Origin: Eledone cirrhosa
Taxonomy: Eukaryota
Length of the DNA: 64,000 nt
Assembly (NCBI GenBank): GCA_964016885.1
Contig: OZ024740.1
Coordinates: 27,342,001-27,406,000 of the forward strand
Direction of reading: 5' to 3'
Shown: positions 31,404 through 47,600 of the stretch, piece by piece
Position numbering within the stretch: the first letter of the stretch is position 1
Layout of the letters: each line of letters starts with the position of its first letter
Translations under genes and position numbers: made by a program
The notes under the pieces: model-generated
Told to the model about the DNA's origin: nothing
What the model saw: only the letters and a program-made list of their open reading frames with translations
Database searches by the model: none

Positions 31404-31506
31404 ATGTGTGTTTATTTTTCCTTTCCTTCTTCCTTTTCCAGCTTCACTTTCATATAGATTATATTGTTGTTTTTAAAATCCAATGTCAATAAATACACCA
31501 GGATTT

Positions 31507-31567
31507 TTTCATCCTGATGATTGAAAGCAACATTTGTTTGCTTTCAAGAAACCACTGGTAAATGAAA
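31507..31567 (+). ncRNA. Type I hammerhead ribozyme
   Basis: TTTCATC-CTGATGA-TTGAAAGCAA-CATTTGT-TTGCTTTCAA-GAAA-CCACTGG-TA-AATGAAA; 10-bp stem II, GUA site, one closing mismatch in stem I. Confidence 0.8.
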
Positions 31568-31927
31568 TAATTGCCTTGTGTTGTTTATTACATAAATATA
31601 TATATATATATATTCATATACACCAATATAAATTAATAATGATTCCATCAGTATTACTCCGACCCAAACTTATTTTACCACTATTATTGTTGCCCTTATT
31701 GTCCGCTACATGTCAGCCCTTGTGGCCAATAAATGAAATCAATGTTGCCCTTATTGTTTTTGTTATATACTTTACTTCCTTCCTTTTCTTGTTGATTTCC
31801 TCTTCCATAATGTCTTCCAATTCTCCATATTCTTCTGCTGCTCATTCTTATTCCTCTTCTTCTATTTCTTGCTAATCCATTTCTTTTCCTTCCCCGTCTT
31901 ATGGTTATCATATATAATTATTACAAT

Positions 31928-32075
31928 GGATTGACAGTATCGGTAGAGGGTCTGACGCCATGCTTTGCAGCAAAGAGTTACAGCCCTTTATGGTCTGAGT
32001 TCAAATCTGGTGGAGGTTAACTTTGCCTTTCATCCTTACGGGGTCGATAAAATAATGTACCACTACTGGGTAATA
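31928..32075 (+). mobile_element. SINE
   Basis: Same family, with A and B boxes. Confidence 0.8.
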
Positions 32076-32619
32076 ATTATTACAATCTAAACTATAATAA
32101 AGGGAGGAGCATGGGACTGCGTACTGTTTATAATTTGTTATCCCCTTAGTAAATTAAGTTGGATTAATTTGTATAAATAATGAATGAATATTACATAATT
32201 TATCTACCAAATTTCGTGCCGGTTGATTAAATATATTTTGTTTATTTAAAGAATCACTTCTTTAAAATTTCTGAAATGTCAACACTTCCGGTTGGCGATC
32301 GCTTAAATAAACACACTAATTTTCTGTCACTAATTTTTTCCTAATGCAGTTTATATATAATATCGTCTTTTTTTCGTGTATCATGGATTACGTTACTGAT
32401 TACATACGACAGTGTAACGCAGTCTTCGTTCAATTTCTGTGTATATTGTCAATTACTATTTTATTTGATGTAAGATTCATATATAGTTGCGTATAATATA
32501 CACACTACACATGCTAGCACAAAACCACCCTAATGGTGGTTTTTCTGCTAGTAATAGTAATAATCATAAAAGTAATAAAATTAATAATTATTATTATCAT
32601 TGCGGATTTCTAGGATCAG

Positions 32620-32790
32620 TCTTTGCAGCCTAGAGTTACAGCCCTTTATATTCTGAGTTCGAATCCCGCAGAGGTTAGGTTTACCTTACATCCTTACAGG
32701 GTCGATAAAATAAAGTACCAGTAATGCATTATGGTCGATATAATAGATTTTCGCCTCCCCCAAAATTGCTGGCCTTGTGCCTATAGTAAA
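32620..32790 (+). mobile_element. 5'-truncated SINE
   Basis: B-box GAGTTCGAATCC plus family body. Confidence 0.78.
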
Positions 32791-33269
32791 ATTATTATTA
32801 TGAAACTGTTGCTGATGTTATTGTTCTAGATTTTGTCCGTCATCACTTATATCTCCTTCCCCTACTCCTTCTTGAAAGAGTAAGAAATATAAAAAGGACA
32901 TCAGGATGTGAAGACAATAGATAGAAATCGGAACGTATTAGGTTGAGTGTAGGAACATTAGCAATGCTAATATGAAAGTGAATACCTATGTATATGTAGA
33001 CTGTCATACATATAATCATACATAAGTGCACACACATACTCACACACATACAAGCACATACAGTGAATATATATATATATATATATATTTTCCATTCCAT
33101 GCCGCCCGTCCGCCCCTCAATCTATATTTCTCATTCTTTCTTCTGGTATATCAAGGGCTAACCTAATATATCCCTTCCATATACTGTACCGATTGTTTTG
33201 TTATTTCTGATTACCTTTTACATATATATATACATATATATATATATATTATATATATATATATTATAT

Positions 33270-33301
<32 letters not shown>

Positions 33302-33336
33302 ATATTATATTATATATATATTATATTATATTATAT

Positions 33337-33468
<132 letters not shown>

Positions 33469-33534
33469 CGAAGGAAAAGTGGTAAGGACCCTGATGGACC
33501 ATAGCGCACCAGAGTACTCAATACTTAGGGTAAA

Positions 33535-33648
33535 AGGAAAATGTTTGACTCCAACGGCAGTGCTCAAGCCGTTCGACGGCTATTTCTGGACTCCAGAAAT
33601 AGCCGTCGAAACGGCTTGAGCTCTGCCGTCGGAGTCAAACTTTTTCCT
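33535..33648. repeat. Near-perfect palindrome (~56-bp arms, 1-nt loop)
   Basis: ...TCGACGGCTATTTCTGGA-C-TCCAGAAATAGCCGTCGA...; a single-arm copy lies at 29821-29872. Confidence 0.9.
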
Positions 33649-33805
33649 ATATATATATAGCAAAATCCTATTTCTTTTTTATTACAAGTTGAGCCAACTT
33701 ATGCAGCTTCATATGCAAATGAGATTATTCAGCTCATTTACACAGACGAGAAAAGTATATATTCTCGCCTGTCTTCTAGTCCAGGAGTCGCAAGCGGTGG
33801 AAGGG

Positions 33806-33849
33806 ACCGTCCTGACGAAGGCTAGTTAAGCCGGAAATGCATAGACGGT
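33806..33849 (+). ncRNA. Minimal type I hammerhead ribozyme
   Basis: ACCGTC-CTGACGA-A-GGCT-AGTTA-AGCC-G-GAAA-TGCA-TA-GACGGT; perfect 6-bp stem I, palindromic TGCA, AUA site. Confidence 0.85.
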
Positions 33850-33961
33850 TGTCTCCCTTGCTTCTGCTATACATCACCAGAGGGCTTAGCCCCCCCCCCC
33901 CCGGTGTTTGCATAGCTAGGGCTTCATAAAACTGTATCACTTTGGAGATACGAAATATTTA

Positions 33962-34002
<41 letters not shown>

Positions 34003-34284
34003 GTGTGTGTGTGTGTTATGGGTGTGTGAGTGTGTCTGTGTGTGTGTGTATGTATATATATTTATATATATTGTTGTGTAATTTGCTGAACACGTTCTAA
34101 CTAGTCTAATCAGGTAATTCCCAATCTTTCTCACACTCTCACTCCCTCTCTCTATCTCTCTTTCTCTTTCTCTATCTCTATCTTTCTACCTCCCTCTCGC
34201 TCTCTCAACTCATATATATAAGTGTGTGTGTATGTGTGTACTCCGTATATTTCATCATCTTTTACGCTGTGACCATTCTTCTCT

Positions 34285-34748
34285 CCCCTTCTCCCTATTT
34301 CTCCTCTTACTACTCTCACCCTCTTTCTTCTCCTCTCTTTCTCCCTATCTACTCTCACCCCTCTTTATTCCCCTCCCCTTCTCCATATCTACTCTCACCC
34401 CTCTTTCTTCCCCTCCCCTTCTCCCTATCTGCGCTCACCCCTCTTTCTTCCCCTCCCCTTCTCCCTATCTACTCTCACCTCTCTTTCTTCCCCTCCCTAT
34501 CTACCCTCACCCCTCTTTCTTCCCCTCCCTTTCCCCCTATCTACTTACACCCCTCTTTCTTCCCTTCCCTTTCTCCCTATCTACTCTCACCCCTCTTTCT
34601 TCCCCTCCCTTTCTCCCTATCTACTCTAACCCCTCTTACTTCCCCTCCCTTTTTCCCTATCTACTCTCACCCCACTTTCTTCCCCTCCCCATTCTCCCTA
34701 TCTACTCTTACCCCACTTTATTCCTCCCCCTTCTCCCTCTCACCCCTC
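34285..34748. repeat. Pyrimidine-rich ~39-bp minisatellite
   Basis: Unit approximately CTCCCTATCTACTCTCACCCCTCTTTCTTCCCCTCCCCTT. Confidence 0.9.
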
Positions 34749-35156
34749 GACTAACCGTTTAGCAGTTCTCTGCTCACTTACAACTGCGGCGTTCAGACGT
34801 GTGTCTCTTTTCTCTCGATTACTCGGTCTCGAACTTAAGTTCTAGGTATCAAGTGCTCTTCGATCTCCTACCTACCTATAGTTGCTTGCACATTACTCGG
34901 TTTGTTGTTTGTTTTTTCGCTGTTTTGTTACTGTTTCTCTTATCTTCCCCTTTGCTTTCCTTCCCTCCTTCCTTAGTTTTCCCAATAACGCCCTGGGGTG
35001 AAATGGTATCTTGTCTTTAAAGCGTAGCAATATCCTAGACCCCCAGTAGACAAGTGATGGGGAAAACTGCCCCTCTCCCGCTGTTCTTGCTTTCTTCGTA
35101 TTCCCACTGTATTTAAAGTTACCTTAAATGGCAACTACACACCCCATTTCTATTCT

Positions 35157-36570
<1,414 letters not shown>

Positions 36571-37767
36571 AAACAAACTACACGGACTCGGCATAACTGG
36601 AAGAGTAGGTGAGTGGCTGCATGGCTCCCTAAGGTACAGAAGCCAGGCAGTCGCAGCAAATGGGGCCCTCTCGAGGGAAGCACCGATAACAAGTGGGGTG
36701 CCCCAGGGGACAGTCCTGGGACCACTACTGTTTTTGGTAGCTCTCTCGAACATGCCCTCTGTGGTGCATGCAACAACATCCCTCACTAGCTATGCTGATG
36801 ACACTAAGGTAGCACAGGCAATCAAAAACCCGGCTGACGCCGCCCGTTTACAGCAGCATCTGGATGCCATATACAGATGGGCGGAAGAAAACAACATGCA
36901 GTTTAATGCTGGCAAATTCCAAGCCCTACAATACAAACCTGCAAACACAAACACAAATATAGTGTAACACAGCTACACAGGACCAGGAGGGACCGATAAC
37001 CCCGTGTCAAAATCGATACGAGACCTGGGCATAGACATGAGCGATGATGCATCTTTTTCTTAACACATCATGAAAGTGGCGACAGCATGTAGACGACTCG
37101 CTGGCTGGATCTTGAAGACTTTCCGGACAAGAGATCGAGACACCATGTTGACACTGTGGAGGACTTTTGTCCTAAGCCGCCTGGACTACTGCTCCCAGTT
37201 GTGGCCACCCCATAGTGTCAAACTAACCACGGAGCTTGAGGCAATCCAGCGAAGCTACACCAAGAGGATTGCCAAGATGAGGGAGACAAGCTACTGGGAG
37301 AGGCTGAAGGAACTGAACTTCTACTCCTTGGAGCGAAGACGGGAGAGATACGCAGTGATCTACATGTGGAAAATCCTGGAGGGACTAGCACCAAACTTTG
37401 GCATTGGGAGCTGGACCAAACGTCAAACAGGACGTCACTGTGTGGTGCCAAAGGTCCCGCCTTCCACATCTAGAATAAGGAGCAGGTATTGCAATAGCCT
37501 GGGATTCAAGGGCCCTCAACTCTTCAACAGGCTGCCGAGGCATCTGAGAGACTTGCATGACGTGGAGGTGGATGTCTTTAAGAAACATCTCGACAACTTG
37601 TTATCCAGGATCCCGGATGAGCCCACAGCAAGACACGAGGGAAACCTAAGGGCAGCAGCAACAAACTCCCTCTTACACCAGTGGCCAACCTATACAGACT
37701 AGAGATAAAATGTGTAGCAACAAGGGCGGTGCCCCAGCATGGCCTCGGCCAGATGGCTGAAACAGGT

Positions 37768-37783
<16 letters not shown>
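36571..37783 (+). mobile_element. 5'-truncated CR1-group LINE (RT C-terminal half, 3' UTR and poly(A))
   Basis: [52 protein letters not shown]; one stop at 36967; A-tail 37768-37783; embedded in (AT)n. Confidence 0.9.
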
Positions 37784-37799
<16 letters not shown>

Positions 37800-37808
37800 T
37801 ATAAATAA

Positions 37809-37895
<87 letters not shown>

Positions 37896-38022
37896 TATAT
37901 ATATATATAAATAAATATATATATATATATATAAATAAATATATATATATATATAAATATATAAATAAATATATATATATATATATAAATAAATATATAT
38001 ATATATATAAATAAATATATAT

Positions 38023-38535
<513 letters not shown>

Positions 38536-38675
38536 CTCTATATATATATAAATAAATAAATATATATATATATAAATAAATCTCTCTCTCTATATATATA
38601 TATATATATAAATATATAAATAAATATATATATATAAATATATATATATATAAATCTATATATATGTATAAATAT

Positions 38676-38708
<33 letters not shown>

Positions 38709-38892
38709 AAAATATATATATATATTTATATAAATATATATATATATAAATAAATATATATATATTTATATAAATATATAAATAAATATATATATATATA
38801 TATATAAATATATAAATATATATATATATATTTATATAAATATATATATATATTTATATAAATATATATATATATATATATTTATATAAATA

Positions 38893-38944
<52 letters not shown>

Positions 38945-38974
38945 TAAATAAATAAATATATATATATATATATA

Positions 38975-39006
<32 letters not shown>

Positions 39007-39119
39007 AATAAATAAATATATATATATATATAAATATATATATATGTATATAAATATATATATAAATATATAAATGTATATATAAATATATATATAAAAA
39101 AGTATATATATATATAAAC

Positions 39120-39151
<32 letters not shown>

Positions 39152-39466
39152 TATAAATATATATATAAATATATATATATAAAAATATATATATATATAA
39201 ACATATATATATATATATAAATAAATATATATATATTTATAAATATATATATATACATAAATATATATATATGTAAATATATGTAAATATATATATATAT
39301 ATATATATACATAAATATATATATATTTATATATATATATAAATATATATATAAATATATATATATATACATAAATGTATATATAAATATATATATAAAT
39401 ATATATATATATACATAAATGTATATATAAATATATATATATATACATAAATATATATATAAATAA

Positions 39467-39497
<31 letters not shown>

Positions 39498-39611
39498 CAT
39501 AAATGTATATATAAATATATATATATATACATAAATATATAAATATATATATAAATTTAAATTAATAAAATAATGGATAAACAAAGAAACACTTCCTTAT
39601 ATTAAAAAAAT

Positions 39612-39753
39612 TCATCATTTTACGATCGTTTCTAGGATATATATGTGTTAGAGTTGGTATGCATATTCTATAGATCTTTGTACAATATTTATACAAACTA
39701 TCAGAGGGAATATACATACCTACACATATATATGCTGTCTTCAGAAATAATGA
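39612..39753 (-). ncRNA. Hammerhead ribozyme with ~100-nt stem II (mirror copy)
   Basis: Minus strand TCATTATTT-CTGAAGA-[long stem]-GAAA-CGATCG-TA-AAATGATGA. Confidence 0.8.
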
Positions 39754-41902
39754 TATGTGTTTATTGAAAAAACAAAGATTCAATACAATAGGTCTGTTTG
39801 GGAACAGGTTTTGAATTGACCAATAGAGAGATAGTGAGGGTCAAGGTAGTAATATAGTAGTAGAACAACCTTAAATTATGGGTAGAGGAAGGTAGATTTC
39901 AGTTTTGGAAGGAAAAGAATATTATGAATGAAGGATTATTTTAGGGAAGAAATAGGTCTTATGCTGACCTCAGAAATAATTTTATTATAAATGTAAAGTT
40001 AACACTATTATAAATGTAAAGTTAACACTAAGGACTCCATTTATTCATATATAGGAGCTACCTCTAACAAATTTAAGGTAAGATTTAATACCCACAAACA
40101 TAGTTTTAAAAATGCCGCACTAGCTAATACAACATCTCTAGCTGAAATCATTAATAGTTATAGAAAGAGGAATATGGATTATGACCTGACCTGGAGTGTG
40201 CTCAAAAGGGCCACCCCTTATCAAAATAGTAGATATGAATGTAGATTATGTTCCCAAGAACTTTTTGAAATAAGGATTATTTTAGGGAAGTAATAGGTCT
40301 TATGCTGACCTCAGAAATAATTTTATTTGTTCATTGAATAAAAACCAACAAAGATCTAATATATTCTGTCTGTTTCGTAAGAGGTTTAGAATTAACCAAT
40401 AGAAAGTTAATAATTGGCCAAATGGTAAAATAGTAGTAATTGAAGCTTATTTTAGGGGTGAAAATAGGGCAGGTGGTCAGTAAAAGGTATACAAGCAATT
40501 GCTGTTATAAAATAGTAATGCCAATACAAATATCTAAGGTGACTAAAGTTTTACGATAAGAATGTTAGTGAAAAAAATACATCTATGAAAAGAATATAAA
40601 TTAATTTAATTGATGGGTATATTTATATTGATAAAATTATACTAATACATATAGATATGATAAATAAGAGTTAGATGCAGTTGAAAAGTGCTGTTAAAGA
40701 TGAGGGGAAATTAAAAGAATATAAAAATAATATATATATATACTTATATATATATATATATACACACATATATATACACATACATACACACATATACACA
40801 CATATATACACATATATATACACATATACATATATATATATATACATATACATGCATATATACATGCATATACATGCATATATACATACATACATATATA
40901 TACACACATACACACTTACATATACATATAATTATTGGGGCAGGGGGGAATTAAATTTATTAGTAAGAAATAATAAATATATATAGTTTTCAAGGAACAT
41001 AGAGTCATAACCTGAAGTTAAAGCATTATATATGTTTACTTAATGGTATCAGTTTTAGGAAATGATAGTTGTAAGAAGGAAAGCAAAATTATGTAGTTCA
41101 TCAGTAGTAGAATATTAATTATAGATTAACTAAATTAAAAATAGTTTATATATTAATTTCTAAATTGTATATTAATTAGGTTTATAATATTTAAAGCAGA
41201 ATTATGTAGTTCATCAGTAGTAGAATATTAATTATAGGTTAACTAAATTAAAAATAGTTAATATATTAATTTCTAAAGTGTATATTAATTAGGTTTATAA
41301 TATTTAAAGGTTTTTCTCAGTTTATGATTACACGATATTATTAATTCCTGTCGCTTATTTAAAAGGATATCCTTAGATTTCATTATTTCAAAAAGTTCTT
41401 GGGAACATAATCTACATTCATATCTACTATTTTGATAAGGGGTGGCCCTTTTGAGCACACTCCAGGTCAGGTCATAATCTATATTCCTCTTTCTATAACT
41501 ATTAATGATTTCAGCTAGAGATGTTGTATTAGCTAGTGCGGCATTTTTAAAACTATGTTTGTGGGTATTAAATCTTACCTTAAATTTGTTAGAGGTAGCT
41601 CCTATATATGAATAAATGGAGTCCTTAGTGTTAACTTTACATTTATAATAGTGTTAACTTTACATTTATAATAACATTATTTCTGAGGTCAGCATAAGAC
41701 CTATTTCTTCCCTAAAATAATCCTTCATTCATAATATTCTTTTCCTTCCAAAACTGAAATCTACCTTCCTCTACCCATAATTTAAGGTTGTTCTACTACT
41801 ATATTACTACCTTGACCCTCACTATCTCTCTATTGGTTAATTCAAAACCTGTTCCCAAACAGACCTTTTGTATTGAATCATTGTTTTTTCAATAAACAAA
41901 TA

Positions 41903-42043
41903 TCATCATTTCTGAAGACAGATATATATGTGTAGGTATGTATATTCCCTCTGATAGTTTGTATAAATATTGTACATAGATCTATAGAATATGCATACCA
42001 ACTCTAACACATATATATCCTAGAAACGATCGTAAAATGATGA
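41903..42043 (+). ncRNA. Hammerhead ribozyme with ~104-nt stem II
   Basis: TCATCATTT-CTGAAGA-[GATATATATGTGT/ACACATATATATC; GGTATGTATATTC/GAATATGCATACC]-GAAA-CGATCG-TA-AAATGATGA; 9-bp perfect stem I. Confidence 0.85.
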
Positions 42044-42124
42044 ATTTTTTTTAATATAAGGAACTGTTTCTTTGTTTATTCATTATTTTATTAATTTATC
42101 TTGACTCTGTTTTCCGTTTATTTT

Positions 42125-43500
42125 TCACCAAAAGAGAAAAACACAATGGAAAGCATCCAGCAAATAGCTAACTCCATCCACCAGAGCATTAGAGTTACTA
42201 TAGACTACCCAAGTAAACACTCCAACCATCGATTACCTGTACTAGACACAGAGCTCTGGTTAGATACCATTAATAACAAAAAACAAATCCTCCATTCCCA
42301 ATATGCCAAACCCATGACTTCCAAACATCTGATCCACCGAAACTCGGCCGTTTCGGACCATACCAAAATCAACATACTGATTGCGGATTTCGTACGGGTG
42401 ATGAGAAACGTGTCTCTCATGTGCAACCCCGAAGAACTAGAGAGACACATACAACACTTCATCCACCGTATGCAGTTCTCTGGCTAATATCAGAGAGATA
42501 AAATCAGAGTGTATAGAGGAGCCAGAACCAAATGGGAAAAAATGGTAAATAATGACATAAATGGGACCTGCCCCTTGTATAGGAGCAAATTTTGGAATAG
42601 AATAGAAAGAACTAGGAACAAAGCTAATTGAATAAACTCATGGTATGATAGCAATAAATACCAGAGTGTAATGTTCATCGATACAACCCCTAGAGGTGAA
42701 TTATCTTACACATTTAGAAGGGCCCTAAATAAACATAAACTCAATATTAAGATAGTAGAAAAACCAGGTACCTCCGTAAAAAACCTCATTAGCAAAACAT
42801 ACCCTTTTCAAAGACCCTCATGTATAGATAAGAAATGTATAACCTGTAAAATAAGCCCCCATATTAACTGTAAAACTAGAAATGTAGTGTATAGCATAAG
42901 ATGTACTGAAGGACAATGTAGAGACAAAAATATAGTGTACATAGGTGAGACAGCTCGTAGTGTAGGGGAACGGATAAATGGACACTGGCGAGACCTTCAA
43001 CATAGTAAAGAATCATCTGTACTCTACCAACATGCTAAAATAGAACACAAGGGTAAATTAGAGAACATAGGAATAAAAATAGAATCTACACACAGAAAAG
43101 ACGCAATGTTTAGACAAATTACAGAGGCAATAAACATAAAAGAATTACAACCAAAATTAAATAGAAAATATGAGTGGAACAGCAACATCACAACTTACAA
43201 TTAAGGACAAAATGAAAACACACACACACATAGAACAAACAACCAACCAGTAACATGTAAATAAACAAATAAATAAATGAACATAAACACACACAGACAC
43301 CCGGATGTGGCGCATGCGCAGACTGAGCACACAACACACACACAGGAACAAAATGGCGTAGGACAGAACAAAGGAGAGGCACAGAAACAAAGAAATAAAT
43401 TGAAGTGAAAGCAACTGGTGCGTGTGTTTCTTATTGGCAACATGACCCTCCCAAAGTATAACAATATCGGTTTCAACACACGATTTCAGATAAAGAATCT
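42125..43500 (+). mobile_element. 5'-truncated PLE (RT thumb and GIY-YIG)
   Basis: ORF 42101..42487 (LPVLDTEL, YAKP) and ORF 42671..43204 (CITC, CKTRNVVYSIRC, VYIGETAR, RINGH, EAINI, LN). Confidence 0.9.
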
Positions 43501-43570
43501 TGCTAAACAAATTCCGAAACGAAATATAAATATATATATATATGTATAAATAAATATATATATATATATT

Positions 43571-43693
<123 letters not shown>

Positions 43694-43702
43694 TTATATT
43701 GA

Positions 43703-44627
43703 GTATTATATTCCGGAAGTGTGTGTTATTAAGGTGAGTTAATGCGTAAGGGGAGGTAACTAGCTGATTTCTATAGCTAAATTTATTATCCTAAAGTACA
43801 TTAAATGGTGTCTCAAATGAGTCTATATCATATAAGTTTATGAACAATTTCTAAATTTAAGTATCTTATCTATAAATTACAGTGTAGTCTATCAAGAAGT
43901 ACTAAGGTGTTCATATTAGGATGATTACCTTCTATCATAGAGTGCCACAACCGAATATTCAACATGAAGAGTCAGATCTCCAAATCAATGATCTTTGTAA
44001 GTGTAGTCCCGCGCAGAACCTGGCAGGGTCTTATTAGAATCACTTCTCTATATGACTCCTGGTAAACTCTGGTTCATTGCATGCCTGATTGCATGGCAAA
44101 GTTAAATATCACTTGGGTAGTCCAGATATCAATTCTCACTGACAATGACACTAATCTGACCATCAAGTCATACATGTATGTATAACTCATACATCGCCTG
44201 TACATAATTCATTGCACTCAGCATATAGGTTATATGGCTCTTTTATGTTAATAAATTAATTACTTAATCTTCCATTTATCCAATGATGGCACTCCATACA
44301 CAGGACAATATTAGCACAACCAATTCCGTGCTTAAAGTTTACATTAATTATATATTGGTGTAATGTAGTCTAAGTAATTGAAGGCCAATATACAAAAAGT
44401 AGAAGTACATGGGGATATCTTTAGGGTAAAAGATACTAGGAGCATGTCACTATTTGCGTTAAAGTGGATTAATGGGTGTGGAGATGAAGTGTAAGGTGTG
44501 CCCCTGATGTTTGTTGCTAGAGGTGGTGACGGGTTCAAGTCTGACATTGTTATATAATGGGTTTAAAGTTTTGGAAGGAGTGTCGGAAGCGGTGTTGGCA
44601 AGACGCGAACACTTCTGATTTTTTATT
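43703..44627 (-). repeat. Inverted pseudo-LTR of the adjacent PLE
   Basis: Near-identical reverse complement of 46553-47477 (~925 bp); mirrored ORFs 44344..44547 and 46633..46836. Confidence 0.93.
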
Positions 44628-44629
44628 AC

Positions 44630-47600
44630 TATGAAAAACTTAGAAGATATTAATATGGAAGGCTAGAAATATAGTGTCCAAACTAGGCCTTCAGAGACAT
44701 ACACAACCTTATACCCCAAACCTCCCTAGATTCTCTCTGAAGGACCATAAGGAGGACCTCATTAGCAACCCCTCGATTAGACTTATCTGCCCTTCCAAGT
44801 CTGACATTGGCATCATCAGTAAGAAAATTTTAGATAAAATCATGCCACAGATTAAACACAAGATATACCTTAAACAATGGGGAAATACAGGTGAAGTGAT
44901 TGAATGGTTCAAAGATATCAAGGATAACAAGGATAACAAATTTATTCAATTTGATATCAATTCATACTACACCTTTATTTCCCCTATCCTATTAAATAAG
45001 GCACTTATCATGGCCATGGACAGTAGTGACCTGACTAGACCCTAGATTGATGTCGTACTTGCGGCCCGTAAAACAGTAATTACCTTTGAAGGCCAATTAT
45101 GGACCCGCAAAGATACGCAAAACAACTTCGACATAACCATGGGATCTAGTGACTCGGCGCAGGTCACTGATTTAGTCGCCCTATATTTACTTAACGAAAT
45201 CCATAAGGACTTTCCATACCTCAACGGTGGTTTGTACCGCGATGATGCACTTCTACTTATAGACTATAAACAATTCAATATAGAAAGAACTACAAAACTA
45301 TTGCACAAGACATTCAAAAACTATAACCTTAGTATTACCATGGACAAAAACACTAAACACGTTAATTTCCTGGACGCCACCCTCTAGCTAGACTCAAAGA
45401 TATATGCACCTTTCCACAAACCTAATGAAAAACTTATTTACGTAGATACCCAGTCTAACCACCCTAGATCTATATTAAACTCTATCTCTAAGGGAGTATC
45501 TAATAGAATCTCTAATCTATCGTATGACGTAAACATATTTAGCAAAAACTCGCAATATTATAATCAGGCATTAGCTAGATCAGGTCATAATATAGAGATC
45601 GAGTTCCTACCTACAAAAACATAGCTACAACATTATTTCGTACATGTCCAAGAGGAAATTTAGTAATAGGAATAGCAACCACACACACACTAATACGGAG
45701 GATGCCAACAAAAGTAACCCACACCACAGAAATTACCATAGTACCATAAAAGGAAACATCTCACCAGACATAAAAAACAAACATAGAAGAAGAAATAATA
45801 CATTTTTCAACCCTCCTTTCAATCTAAACGTCTCTACCAACCTACCTAGGGCTTTCTTCTCACTACTAGATAAAAACTTCCCATCCAGCCACAAGTACCA
45901 TAGCCTTTTAAACAAAAACACTATTAAAATCTCCTACTCTACTACGCCTAACATAGCATACCACATAGCTAGTAGCAATAAAAGAAAAATTAATTCCTAC
46001 TTCCAACAAACTAAATCACAACAGACGATAAACCTTCAAAATAACATTATAGCAACTAACCCTAATAACAATAGAAATAATAGTAATAGCACTAGTGTAA
46101 ACAATAACGCTGGGAACGACAACCCACATAACCATAATCCTATAGCTAACATCCAGACTTCTACACAACAAAATAACCGGCAGACTAACACCCAGAATAA
46201 TTGTAACTGTAGATCAAATAGAACCTGCCCTTTAGATAAAAAATGTTTAATCAAGGATATCATATACTCATGCACAGTCACAACTAGCAACTCTTCTGAA
46301 ACCTATATAGGCTCTACTTCTAACTGCTTCAAAACCAGATACAATTTGCACGTCCACTCTTTCAAAAAAGGCAGTCTAGCCAAATCCACTTCACTATCTA
46401 GCTACATACACTATCTAAAAACTAAAAATAAACAATATACACTTAAATGGGAAGTGATAGGTAACGCGACATCGTACAAACCACCTAATAAATTTTGTAA
46501 CCTCTGTCTACTAGAGACCCATACTATCATCTTCTCAAACCATAACCTCCTTAATAAAAAATCAGAAGTGTTCGCGTCTTGCCAACACCTCTTCCGACAC
46601 TCCTTCCAAAACTTTAAACCCAATATATAACAATGTCAGACTTGAATCCGTCACCACCTCTAGCAACAAACATCAGGGGCACACCTTACACCTCATCTCC
46701 ACACCCATTAATCCACTTTAACGCAAATAGTGACATGCTCCTAGTATCTTTTACCCTAGAGATATCCCCATGTACTTCTACTTTTTGTATATTGGCCTTC
46801 AATTACTTAGACTACATTACACCAATATATAATTAATGTAAACTCTAAGCTCGGAATTGGTTGTGCTAATATTGTCCTGTGTATGGAGTGCCATCATTGG
46901 ATAAATGGAAGATTAAGTAATTAATTTATTAACATAAAAGAGCTATATAACCTATATGCTGAGTGCAATGAATTATGTAGAGGTGATGTATGAGTTATAC
47001 ATACATGTATGACTTGATGGTCAGATTAGTGTCATTGTCAGTGAGAATTGATATCTGGACTACCCAAGTGATATTTAACTTTGCCATGCAATCAGACAAA
47101 CAATGACCCAGAGTTTACCAGGAGTCATATATAGAAGTGATTCTAATAAGACCCTGCCAGGTTCTGCGCGGGACTACACTTACAAAGATCATTGATTTGG
47201 AGATCTGACTCTTCATGTAGAATATTCGGTTGTGGCACTCTATGATAGAAGGTAATCATCCTAATATGAACACCTTAGTACTTCTTGATAGACTACACTG
47301 TAATTTATAGATAAGATACTTAAATTTAGAAATTGTTTATAACCTTATATGATAGACTCATTTGAGACACCATTTAATGTACTTTAGGATAATAAATTTA
47401 GCTATAGAAACCAGCTAGTTACCTCCCCTTACGCATTAACTCCCCTTAATCACACACACACTTCCGGAATATAATACGATGTCAACTCTCACAACAAAAA
47501 CAACCTGCTCTATAGAATCGAATTAGAGAACGACAAGCTGTGATGTTCTAGAATGGTTCACCAGGCACCCAATGTTGAATTATCGTGGATTGTGTGATGG

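Larger units (their letters stand above)
39558..42097. mobile_element. PLE-derived inverted duplication (~715-bp arms) with a GIY-YIG remnant and HHRs
   Basis: Arms 39558-40273 and 41383-42097; 40042-40272 encodes YSYIGATSNKFKVRFNTHKHSF...CRLCSQE; ~112-bp tandem duplication at 41082-41308 in the spacer. Confidence 0.85.

Noticed and set aside
41097-41220. CTGATGA on the minus strand in the ~112-bp duplication
   Set aside because: No suitably placed GAAA or flanking helices
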